Shown here piece after piece: positions 17,175 to 24,874 of a stretch of 64,000 nucleotides of DNA. The translations under genes and the position numbers were made by a program. The stretch comes from Cryomorphaceae bacterium (GTDB lineage Bacteria; Bacteroidota; Bacteroidia; Flavobacteriales_G; Salibacteraceae). The notes under the pieces are model-generated. The model made no database searches, was not told the origin of the DNA, and saw nothing but the letters and a program-made list of their open reading frames with translations. The stretch covers positions 6,036 to 70,035 of the forward strand of contig JAVKEP010000072.1 in assembly GCA_040221375.1 (NCBI GenBank), in the 5' to 3' direction. Position 1 is the stretch's first letter. Every line of letters starts with the position of its first letter.

Positions 17175-18371
17175 ATGAAAAAGCAACTAATAGTTTTATG
17201 TGGTGTTTTCTCAACCGCTTTGTTTGTTATTGCCTGTGAAAAAACAATGCCTCCTGCTCCTGATGAAAATGAGGTGCTAGATGGGCCAATTGAAGGGTTA
17301 AGCACTGCGGAACAAGCCCAATTCCTCAAAGGAGATGGAGCCTTTGGTGATGTATTTACCATTGAAAAAGGACTGGGTCCGATATTTGTCGCCAACCAAT
17401 GTTCCAGTTGTCACCCAGGGGATGGAAAAGGTTCTCCTTTTGTGAAATTTACAAGGTTTGGGCAGCCCGATACATTAGGCAACCAGTTCCTTAGTTTTGG
17501 CGGGCCTCAGTTGCAGCATAAGGCCATACCGGGCTACCAGCCTGAACAGCTTCCTTCCGGTGCTGCTTTTAGTGATTTGATTGCTCCGGCAGTGTCGGGC
17601 TTGGGTTTTCTGGATGCTGTTCCTGATGCAGACCTTATTGCTTTATCGGACCCGAATGATTTCGATGGAGATGGAATCAGCGGACGACCTCACTGGAATA
17701 CAATTCCAAACTATGTTACGCTGCGCCCAAATAGCGTATCACAAAACGGAAAATACATCTCAAGGTTTGGAAAGAAAGGAGGAGCTTATGATTTATTACA
17801 CCAAACTTCCGGAGCCTATAACCAAGATATGGGTATCACTTCATTATTTGAACCTATTGACCCATATAGTGGCTTGGAGGTAAATCCGGAAGTAAACAAC
17901 CAAACGGTTCATGATGTGGTTTTTTATCTTAAAACCTTAAAAGCTCCTATCCCAAGAAACCAGGATGATCCTGATGTGATAGACGGGAAGCAGATTTTTA
18001 CGCAAATTCAGTGTGCTTCCTGTCATACCCCTACATTGACTACTGGATTTTCGACTCTCAGTGTGCTATCTAACAAAGATTTTCATCCTTATACTGATCT
18101 GTTGTTGCATGATATGGGGAGTGGGCTGGATGATGGTTATACCGAAGGGTTTGCACTCACCTCTGAATGGAAAACACCTGCCCTGTGGGGACTTGGATTA
18201 TCCAAAGATGCACAAGGAGGAATTTATTTCCTGCTGCATGATGGACGTGCTTTGAATATTGAGGATGCCATTTTGCAACATGGAGGTGAAGCTCAACAAT
18301 CCAAAACGAATTACACGCAGCTTTCCAGCATTGAAAAGGAACAGCTAATTAAATTCCTTGAATCTCTTTAA
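17175..18371 (+). CDS. Di-heme c-type oxidoreductase (DUF1111 / cytochrome-c-peroxidase-like)
   Basis: 398 aa with a lipoprotein-like signal (FVIAC). Two CxxCH heme motifs (CSSCHP, CASCHTP). Confidence 0.8.
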   Translation: MKKQLIVLCGVFSTALFVIACEKTMPPAPDENEVLDGPIEGLSTAEQAQFLKGDGAFGDVFTIEKGLGPIFVANQCSSCHPGDGKGSPFVKFTRFGQPDTLGNQFLSFGGPQLQHKAIPGYQPEQLPSGAAFSDLIAPAVSGLGFLDAVPDADLIALSDPNDFDGDGISGRPHWNTIPNYVTLRPNSVSQNGKYISRFGKKGGAYDLLHQTSGAYNQDMGITSLFEPIDPYSGLEVNPEVNNQTVHDVVFYLKTLKAPIPRNQDDPDVIDGKQIFTQIQCASCHTPTLTTGFSTLSVLSNKDFHPYTDLLLHDMGSGLDDGYTEGFALTSEWKTPALWGLGLSKDAQGGIYFLLHDGRALNIEDAILQHGGEAQQSKTNYTQLSSIEKEQLIKFLESL

Positions 18372-18372
18372 A

Positions 18373-18813
18373 ATGGAACGCAGAAAGTTCATAAAAACTT
18401 GTTGTTACTGTGCAATTGGTATTCCTTTAGGAACTGCTTTGCTACAGTCTTGTGGAGCTATTTTTTATGCTGCTTCCACCCGTGATGCAGGCAAGCTCGT
18501 TGTTGCCCTGTCTGAGTTTACGAAGGTTAAGAAAAACAAACAGAAGAGCCGTGATTTTGTCCTGCTAAAAACAGATAGCATGGGTTTCCCTATTTGCCTG
18601 TATAAAACAAATGAAGGCAAATACATTGCTTCACTGCTTAAATGCACACACAATGGCTGTGAGTTGAATGTAGGAGGTGGGATTTATAGCTGCCCCTGTC
18701 ATGGTAGCGAGTTTTCTACAACCGGAAAAGTGTTGGAAGGCCCAGCAGACCGAGATTTAAAAACGTTTAAAACTGAAACTGATCATGAGAATATTTACGT
18801 TTATCTATCCTAA
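18373..18813 (+). CDS. Rieske [2Fe-2S] protein with Tat-like signal
   Basis: Starts MERRKFIKTCCYCAIG. Rieske boxes CTHNGCEL and CPCHGSEF. The ATG lies 2 nt after the upstream stop. Confidence 0.85.
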   Translation: MERRKFIKTCCYCAIGIPLGTALLQSCGAIFYAASTRDAGKLVVALSEFTKVKKNKQKSRDFVLLKTDSMGFPICLYKTNEGKYIASLLKCTHNGCELNVGGGIYSCPCHGSEFSTTGKVLEGPADRDLKTFKTETDHENIYVYLS

Positions 18814-18820
18814 ACAATGG

Positions 18821-20035
18821 ATGCTTGGATGCCTGTTTGTAATCTTTGCCGGCAGTTTGAAGGCACAAACACTGGATTCGCTAATCACCCGTATTCCAAC
18901 CGATACGGCATCCACAATAATGAACATGGATGCTGCTTATAACCGTCCTTTCCTAACCGTTAATAAGATGCCGGTAGCACTGGGCGGATACTTGGAAGCC
19001 AATTCATTCTACAGTTCGGAAGATGGAGTGTCGGAAGGCTTATCGTTTCAGGCACGCAGGTTAACCATGTTTATGTCGGCCTCTATCACCAAACGGATTA
19101 AGTTTCTTTCGGAATTAGAGTTTGAGAACGGAACAAAGGAAATAGGGATCGAGTTTGCTGCGATGGACGTGGCTTTTCATCCGGCACTGAATTTCAGGGG
19201 CGGGATTATAATGAACCCCATTGGCGCTTTTAACCAAAACCATGACGGCCCGAAATGGGAGTTTGTAGAACGTCCTGATGTAGGAGTAAATATGTTGCCT
19301 GCCACCTGGTCGAATGCCGGGTTTGGTCTGTATGGAAAAACATACAAAGGGAATTGGATGTTGGGCTATGAAGCTTATTTATCCAATGGGTTCGATAACA
19401 GCATCATTGACAATGAGGAAAACAAAACCTTTTTACCTGCTACCAAAGAGAATGAAGAACGCTTTGAAGAAAATAACAGTGGCAAGGCTTTAATGAGCGG
19501 TAAAATAGCCATCAAAAACCGTAAAATTGGTGAGATTGGATTTTCTTACATGGGTGGTGTTTACAACAAGTTTGAGGACGATGGAGTAACCCTTGACCAG
19601 AAAAGAAGGTTGGATGTTTTCGCTGTTGACATGAATACAACAATAAAGAAGACAGGAACTTATTTTGTTGGTGAAGCAGTTTGGGTATTGATAGATGTTC
19701 CATCTACCTACACTCAGCAATTTGGAAATAAACAGCAAGGTGCATTTATTGATATTGTACAACCTGTAATGAAACGAGAGGTGTTTAACTGGGAAAATGC
19801 TGTTCTCAACCTTTCTGTACGAATGGATTACGTTGATTGGAATGTTGGTAAATTCAATAAAACAAACACCGAAATTGGTGATAATCTGTGGGCAATTACA
19901 CCTGCTGTTAGTTTCCGGCCTTCTACGCAAACAGTATTCAGGTTGAATTACCGTTACCAGTGGCAGACAGACATCCTGAATAATCCACCTGCCAGAACCG
20001 CAACATGGCTGTTTGGGTTCAGTACTTATTTCTAA
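18821..20035 (+). CDS. Outer-membrane beta-barrel, porin O/P-like
   Basis: Signal peptide MLGCLFVIFAGSLKAQ. FQARRLTMFM...FAAMDVAFHPALNFRGG pattern and a C-terminal aromatic residue (GFSTYF). Confidence 0.55.
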   Translation: MLGCLFVIFAGSLKAQTLDSLITRIPTDTASTIMNMDAAYNRPFLTVNKMPVALGGYLEANSFYSSEDGVSEGLSFQARRLTMFMSASITKRIKFLSELEFENGTKEIGIEFAAMDVAFHPALNFRGGIIMNPIGAFNQNHDGPKWEFVERPDVGVNMLPATWSNAGFGLYGKTYKGNWMLGYEAYLSNGFDNSIIDNEENKTFLPATKENEERFEENNSGKALMSGKIAIKNRKIGEIGFSYMGGVYNKFEDDGVTLDQKRRLDVFAVDMNTTIKKTGTYFVGEAVWVLIDVPSTYTQQFGNKQQGAFIDIVQPVMKREVFNWENAVLNLSVRMDYVDWNVGKFNKTNTEIGDNLWAITPAVSFRPSTQTVFRLNYRYQWQTDILNNPPARTATWLFGFSTYF

Positions 20036-20039
20036 AAAA

Positions 20040-20252
20040 TTAACAGCATTTTTTACTTTTTTGAATAGAGGGACAAAGTACAGTTCCATAGGAGCAATAA
20101 ACGCAACAATCTCCTTCTTTTGGTTTGATAATTTTTTGACAGCTCACACAGTCGTAGAAATAATGACAAGCATCCGTAGGCATGGTTTCCGCTTTCTGAT
20201 AACTGCAATGAGGGCAGGTGAAAGTTGATTGTAATTTAACTTGATTTTTCAT
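20040..20252 (-). CDS. Small Cys-rich protein with GDCCVxC motif
   Basis: 70 aa with 13 Cys: CPHC, CVSC, EGDCCVYCSYG and a C-terminal KKCC. I recall a named GDCCVxC (seleno)protein family, unverified. Confidence 0.7.
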   Translation of the reverse strand: MKNQVKLQSTFTCPHCSYQKAETMPTDACHYFYDCVSCQKIIKPKEGDCCVYCSYGTVLCPSIQKSKKCC

Positions 20253-20400
20253 ACTATTTTGTAATATTCTTTTTCGTTATTGGGTATATTCCGATTCTTT
20301 CCGATGGCTAATAATAATTCTACATAAACAAAAGATATCGCATTCACGCATCATTCAATAGCTTTAAGATCTGATTTTTAAGGTATTATAGTTGTTGTTC

Positions 20401-20859
20401 TCAAGTTAAGAAATCGTAAAGATCATTTGGATATATAACGGCTTGCAAAAGTCTTTCTAACGTATCGATCTCCTTATCAATAGAGCTAAAGTAGTCTCTC
20501 ATTTTCTGATTCTCTGTAATAATCATCTCATCATCCGAGCCTAGAAAACATTCCAAAAATTCACAGGCACCATTTATTCTAATAATCTGACTTTCTATTA
20601 ATTCTCCAAGCCTCTGAGAGCTGATATTGTATAAATATTTTCTAACATTAAAGTGGTGTTTACCAATTGGACTCAAATTGACTTTGGCTAAATTCATGAA
20701 GCAGTGAATTTCAATGACTTGTCGCCTTATTTCACCAACTTTTATGTATATGTGATAACCTTTAGTTAATTTACGTAGAGAGGTTCGAACATGTTTGACC
20801 ACCTCAAAGTGATCATCTAATATTTCATTTAGGTCTGGTTCGTTTTCAAGAGTGCTCAT
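20401..20859 (-). CDS. Hypothetical protein (predicted all-alpha)
   Basis: 152-aa ORF in AT-rich island DNA with no convincing motif. Confidence 0.45.
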   Translation of the reverse strand: MSTLENEPDLNEILDDHFEVVKHVRTSLRKLTKGYHIYIKVGEIRRQVIEIHCFMNLAKVNLSPIGKHHFNVRKYLYNISSQRLGELIESQIIRINGACEFLECFLGSDDEMIITENQKMRDYFSSIDKEIDTLERLLQAVIYPNDLYDFLT

Positions 20860-21104
20860 AATGGATCTAATTATTGATTTTTATTCAGTTTCAATTTCCT
20901 CGTCAAACGAGGTTTTTGATTACAATTCATATAGCAATTGAAAAGCAAAAAGTTTATTTTATTAATTATGTTTTCTCATTATAATAATTGATTGTGACTT
21001 TGTAAGTCTAATAGCTCCGTTAAGGTTGAATATTATATTCTTCCGAAGTTTCATCAAGCAGCTTAATATACCAGTAGTAGATTCTACATCAACTTTCTGC
21101 ATTA

Positions 21105-21284
21105 ATGAAGCCCGATATAGCCTTGATATTTTCTAACGATCCAACATCCGATAAAATGGTATATGTAGTGATCGTTGAATTAAAGAAGAAGGGAATTACA
21201 CTTGAAAAAACCATGGTTGTTGAAACTCAATTGAAGAGCCGTGCTATCAAACTCATAAAGCATTATGGAAATAGAATTTATTGA
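21105..21284 (+). pseudogene. 59-aa ORF resembling the core of a PD-(D/E)xK nuclease; possibly a remnant
   Basis: MKPDIALIF...VVIVELKKKG gives PD-x20-ELK. A stop codon lies immediately upstream of the ATG. Overlaps the next ORF (21265) in another frame. Confidence 0.25.
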
Positions 21285-21519
21285 TGAGATTGAACAACAC
21301 TTGAGATCAGATTTTAAGCAGCTCCATTCAACTGGAAAAATGTACTACCGATCTACCGATGCTGTCACACAGCTCGAACCAGAGATTAGGCCTCAAATTG
21401 GAATATTTACGATGGATTTCGATTCAGTCGTTATCGATGCTGATTCTCGGAACTCCAGGTTTCTTAATCTTATCATGAGTAAGTTTATTCACGTCAGGAA
21501 TAAAGACTCAAACACATAA
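21265..21519 (+). CDS. Hypothetical protein
   Basis: 84-aa ORF with no motifs. May be the out-of-frame continuation of 21105-21284. Confidence 0.35.
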   Translation: MEIEFIDEIEQHLRSDFKQLHSTGKMYYRSTDAVTQLEPEIRPQIGIFTMDFDSVVIDADSRNSRFLNLIMSKFIHVRNKDSNT

Positions 21520-21556
21520 TTGAGATAGAATCAATACTAAACTAGTGGGATTGATC

Positions 21557-21748
21557 TTAGTTAATCTCCATATTTTCTATTTCCTCGATGAGTTGAAAAA
21601 TCTCATATTCGATATCGAACGTATTGATACTAGGACATTTTTGCTTGATTTCATCAAGTTTCTTGACTAATTCTTCTTTCATTTCTAATAGCTCTTTTAA
21701 GCTTAATTCCTCCTTGGGTTCTCCGTTCGTTAGTTGTTCATTTTTCAT
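21557..21748 (-). CDS. Hypothetical small acidic coiled-coil protein
   Basis: The ORF track gives 21557-21787. The internal ATG at 21748 (MKNEQLTNGEPKEE...) is the more plausible start. Confidence 0.4.
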   Translation of the reverse strand: MKNEQLTNGEPKEELSLKELLEMKEELVKKLDEIKQKCPSINTFDIEYEIFQLIEEIENMEIN

Positions 21749-22127
21749 GGAGTATATATAAAATCTTGGGCTCCATTCAGCGACCAATATTCAATCTAAA
21801 CCTTTTTCAACTTTCTTATATAATCACAAATAAGTGGTCACTGACTCAAGAAGGTTTGAATTACCCAATATCTATTGAACTTAAAGCAATAAAGAAATTA
21901 AACGTTCTGCTCAACGATTATGTAGAAGTTGGTGCATTTCAAGCTATGACATACAGCGCCTCACTAAGGTCTCGTAATGGACTGAGGTTGGCTTTAGCTC
22001 ATTCAATGAAAATGTAGAATTAATGACTTGTTCTTAATAGATTTGAAGTCTCTGGCTCATTCTAGAATAAACAAGTTCTCGAACTTTGGAATTGATTCAG
22101 TATAGAAAGTATGATCAATTATTATCC

Positions 22128-22150
22128 AAAAAGAACACAAAAAAGAACAC
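22128..22150. repeat. Imperfect tandem duplication AAAAAGAACAC / AAAAAAGAACAC at the island/tRNA-terminator junction
   Basis: Read directly at 22128-22138 and 22139-22150. The second copy forms the T-tract and the base of the terminator stem on the minus strand. Confidence 0.8.
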
Positions 22151-22173
22151 CTACCCTTGGAAGGGTAGGTGTT
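22139..22173 (-). terminator. Rho-independent terminator of the tRNA gene
   Basis: 11-bp stem (22146-22156 with 22163-22173) and a 6-nt loop. On the minus strand it is followed by TTTTTT. Confidence 0.7.
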
Positions 22174-22186
22174 ACTGAGAGTGTTG

Positions 22187-22260
22187 TGGTCCCACCTGGG
22201 CTCGAACCAGGGACCACCTGATTATGAGTCAGGTGCTCTAACCAACTGAGCTATAGGACC
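22187..22260 (-). tRNA. tRNA with CAT anticodon (elongator Met, or Ile2 read via lysidine)
   Basis: 74-nt cloverleaf GGTCCTA-TA-GCTC-AGTTGGTTA-GAGC-A-CCTGA-CTCATAA-TCAGG-TGGTC-CCTGG-TTCGAGC-CCAGG-TGGGACC-A. G1:C72 and no GGG/CCC anticodon stem, so not an initiator. C4:G69/C5:G68 hint at Ile2. CCA is not encoded. Confidence 0.93.
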
Positions 22261-22285
22261 AAGAAATGAATCTCATTTCCGCGGC

Positions 22286-22293
22286 CAAAAGTA
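22286..22293 (-). promoter_or_regulatory. Possible -7 box (TACTTTTG) for the tRNA gene
   Basis: Matches TAnnTTTG on the minus strand, 25 nt upstream of the tRNA 5' end. No clear -33 TTG. Confidence 0.25.
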
Positions 22294-22329
22294 AGCATCC
22301 GAACCATACGTAGATCGTACCTTTCACCC

Positions 22330-22965
22330 ATGGGAATCGATTGGAATAAAATCAACGCGGTCATCCTGGATTTGGGCGGCGTCATCCTCAACATCGACTA
22401 CCAATTGACCATCGATGCCTACCGGAATTTGGGCTTCAATGACTTCGATCAGCAGTACTCCAAGATGCAACAGTCCGGATTGTTTGATCGCTTGGAAAAG
22501 GGCCAGATCCAACCTGACGATTACGTTGCCGCAATGCAAGATCACCTTCCCCATGCTACCCCAACCCAAATCATCGAAGCCTGGAACGCCATGCTCCTAG
22601 ATTTTCCTCAAGGGCGGGTTCAAACCGTCCGGCGCATTGGTGAACGGTGGCCTACCTTCCTATTGAGCAACACGAATGTCATCCACTACAAAAGCTTCAC
22701 TGAAACCTTGCGCAAACAGACTGAATTAAGCGATATCAAGCCGCTTTTCAAACGCGCATATCTGTCGCACGAAATCGGCATGCGCAAACCCGACGCCGAG
22801 GTCTTTCAAATCATCTTGGCTGAGAATCAACTGGTGCCCGATGAGGTCCTCTTCGTAGATGACTCACCACAGCACATAGAAGGTGCTAGAAAACTCGGGA
22901 TTCAGGCTTACCATCTCGAGGAACCGGAAAGCTTGGAGGATCTATTCGGCCCGTTCCTGACATAG
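22330..22965 (+). CDS. HAD-superfamily hydrolase (YihX-like phosphatase)
   Basis: VILDLGGVIL motif I, LLSNTN motif II, LFVDDSPQHIEGA motif III/IV. Confidence 0.85.
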   Translation: MGIDWNKINAVILDLGGVILNIDYQLTIDAYRNLGFNDFDQQYSKMQQSGLFDRLEKGQIQPDDYVAAMQDHLPHATPTQIIEAWNAMLLDFPQGRVQTVRRIGERWPTFLLSNTNVIHYKSFTETLRKQTELSDIKPLFKRAYLSHEIGMRKPDAEVFQIILAENQLVPDEVLFVDDSPQHIEGARKLGIQAYHLEEPESLEDLFGPFLT

Positions 22966-23343
22966 CTCCACTAGCACGCCGTTGGCGCTCTTGGGGTGAA
23001 AGAAACACACCCACTTATTGTCGGCACCCTGTTTAATTTCTCCAATGGCTTGGAATCCCTCTTGAATCAACCGCGCTCGTTCTTGGTGGATATCGACAAC
23101 ATCATAGGCGATGTGGTGAATGCCTTCCCCCCTTTTTGCGATGTACTTGGCAATGGCGCTGTCCTCATGGGTCGCCTGGAGCAATTCAACTTTGGAATCA
23201 CCTACCATGAAGAAGGAAGTGCTCACGCCTTCGCTCTCTACCACTTCCATCTTATATGGCGGCGCGTTGAATAACCTGGTGTAGTTAGCATTTGCAGCTT
23301 CGATGTCAGCCACTGCAATCCCGATGTGTTCGATCTTTCTCAT
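22942..23343 (-). CDS. Methylmalonyl-CoA epimerase (VOC/glyoxalase fold)
   Basis: 133 aa. MRKIEHIGIAVADIE...GEGIHHIAYDV...VELCQ pattern. Confidence 0.8.
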   Translation of the reverse strand: MRKIEHIGIAVADIEAANANYTRLFNAPPYKMEVVESEGVSTSFFMVGDSKVELLQATHEDSAIAKYIAKRGEGIHHIAYDVVDIHQERARLIQEGFQAIGEIKQGADNKWVCFFHPKSANGVLVELCQERAE

Positions 23344-23354
23344 GGTCTGGAAAT

Positions 23355-23378
23355 AAAAAACCCCTCACGAAGGAGGGG
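23355..23378 (-). terminator. Rho-independent terminator after 23406-24248
   Basis: CCCCTC-acgaag-GAGGGG hairpin (23361-23378), followed on the minus strand by TTTTTT. Confidence 0.6.
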
Positions 23379-23405
23379 AAAAAAAAGAAAACTTAAGTCA
23401 ATGTC

Positions 23406-24197
23406 TTATTTCTTCTTCATGAACTCGCTGGTGGAGTTGTCATAATTCAGATAGTAAAGGCCTTTCTTCAAATTGGAAGCGTCGATGTCTCCTGAGAATC
23501 CTTTCTTCACGATGTTTCCGTGAATGTCAAACACCTCGTACATCGTTTCCGCCGTGAACGTGATGGTGCCTTCAACGCCTTTCTTGGGATTGAAATCTAC
23601 CAATGCCATGTCTGACATGTAAGTCGCCGTAGGGGAGTACCTGGGTACAGCCGTATAATCCACTTGCTTGACGCGAAATTTGTTCTCACCGGAATGGGGA
23701 GTGATCTTAAAGCTGTAATTGTTGACTTTTCCCGTGCGGCCAGCGCCTTCCACCTCTCCTACGTATACCCACTTATTCCAGCGGTATTGCTCCACTACGT
23801 AGGTAAGAACGCCCGCTTCGTTAGTCGTAGACCACTTCAAAATGCCGTCATTGCTCACTGCAATGCTTTCGGTTTCAAAGGTGCTTTGAGGATTGAGTAC
23901 TTCGGGATTCAACACTTTCGGTGCGCAATCATCCTTGTGCTTGATCACCACCACCAAGCGATCACCTGGCTCTAGGTTGTGAATGGACAGGTCTACTTCG
24001 AATGCACTTGAATTCCACTCGTCTGTTGTGACGCTTCCGTTCACAGTGACTTCGTAGGTGCAAAAACCCACGCCTGAACCGGCGAAAGGATTCCTGACAT
24101 ATAAATTCTTACCCTGGTAATTGCCTTCAAGTACAATGTTTCCTGCGAATGACAGGGCCGTACTGAAGATAAGAAGCAACGCTAGCAACAGTCTCAT
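23406..24197 (-). CDS. Secreted protein with a T9SS C-terminal sorting domain
   Basis: Likely start MRLLLALLLIFSTALSFAG (ATG at 24197). C-terminus ...YEVFDIHGNIVKKGFSG..LKKGLYYLNY. Confidence 0.65.
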   Translation of the reverse strand: MRLLLALLLIFSTALSFAGNIVLEGNYQGKNLYVRNPFAGSGVGFCTYEVTVNGSVTTDEWNSSAFEVDLSIHNLEPGDRLVVVIKHKDDCAPKVLNPEVLNPQSTFETESIAVSNDGILKWSTTNEAGVLTYVVEQYRWNKWVYVGEVEGAGRTGKVNNYSFKITPHSGENKFRVKQVDYTAVPRYSPTATYMSDMALVDFNPKKGVEGTITFTAETMYEVFDIHGNIVKKGFSGDIDASNLKKGLYYLNYDNSTSEFMKKK

Positions 24198-24275
24198 CAA
24201 GGGTCTTCTTTCGGTTGATTGGTTTAGAATCGGGTTCATTAGCAGCACAAATTTAGCATTCCATTTAATCTAACA

Positions 24276-24827
24276 TCAAGATGCAGCACTATTTGGGGTA
24301 ATATGATTCACACTTTCCATCATCAAGCGCACAATCGACTCGGCAAATGGGCCTTCATCCTTGTTGTCTTTGAACTCATAAGTCGTGCCATTCACGTCTT
24401 TAACCATATAAAAATGGAATTCAGTATCCAATGGCGAACCTTCGATAACCGATTTATAAATGATATAATTATCTCCTTCTTCTACGATGGTATTGGTAAA
24501 CATCAGGTCATCCATCACCTCCGCTTTCTTGGTGGCAACATCTCCCCCTTCGGCGATCACTAGGTTGTAAACGCTGCCCACGCGTACGATGGTTTCACCG
24601 TATCCCGTCTCTTCTACTTCTGCGTACCCCCTGGATGAATCGGGGACAAGCATGGTAAACGGCATAAAATACTCAGATAGGTTTAATTCGGTCATGCCGC
24701 GTGAAAGCACCGCAGGCAAGGCCTGTGCTGCGCTGTCTTGTGCATCGACATCTCCGTCGGCACCCGAACCGCAAGATTGTGTTATCAGGGCAATCGCTGT
24801 GAGGGCTAAGAATAAAAATCGTTTCAT
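24276..24827 (-). CDS. Hypothetical lipoprotein
   Basis: Lipobox LITQSC after a signal peptide. 183 aa. Confidence 0.6.
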   Translation of the reverse strand: MKRFLFLALTAIALITQSCGSGADGDVDAQDSAAQALPAVLSRGMTELNLSEYFMPFTMLVPDSSRGYAEVEETGYGETIVRVGSVYNLVIAEGGDVATKKAEVMDDLMFTNTIVEEGDNYIIYKSVIEGSPLDTEFHFYMVKDVNGTTYEFKDNKDEGPFAESIVRLMMESVNHITPNSAAS

Positions 24828-24874
24828 AAAGGTGGAAATTGAGGCGAAATTTAATGGAAAATACCGAGCAATGA

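Larger units (their letters stand above)
1..22138. mobile_element. Low-GC genomic island (left end beyond window) ending at the terminator/3' side of tRNA(CAT)
   Basis: Hand GC counts on sampled lines are ~33-43% here versus ~47-52% right of 22.3 kb. Content is accessory (recombinase, replication-like genes, HNH, metal resistance). The island abuts a tRNA gene. Confidence 0.6.

Noticed and set aside
17075-17395. 106-aa minus-strand ORF spanning the divergent promoter region and the 5' end of the di-heme gene.
   Set aside because: It overlaps the well-supported DUF1111 signal peptide and heme region, and would leave no promoter space for the DtxR-like operon. It has no motifs.
20401-20859. 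Two Rx4-6H matches (RKLTKGYH, RRQVIEIH) in the 152-aa all-alpha ORF suggested a HEPN RNase.
   Set aside because: The motif is very loose. Both matches lie in the N-terminal third rather than the usual position, and there is no other support.
20898-20917. CCTCG-tcaaa-CGAGG hairpin followed by TTTTT on the plus strand, which looks like a terminator.
   Set aside because: The stem is only 5 bp, and no plus-strand gene ends upstream of it. It lies in the promoter region of the minus-strand ORF 20401-20859.
21766-22017. 83-aa plus-strand ORF at the very end of the island.
   Set aside because: It overlaps the 5' end of the opposite-strand ORF and has no motifs. It lies in AT-rich, probably non-coding junction DNA. 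I left it uncalled rather than asserting a gene.
22187-22260. I considered whether the CAT-anticodon tRNA could be the initiator tRNA-fMet.
   Set aside because: Positions 1 and 72 pair (G:C), and the anticodon stem lacks the three consecutive G:C pairs typical of bacterial initiators.
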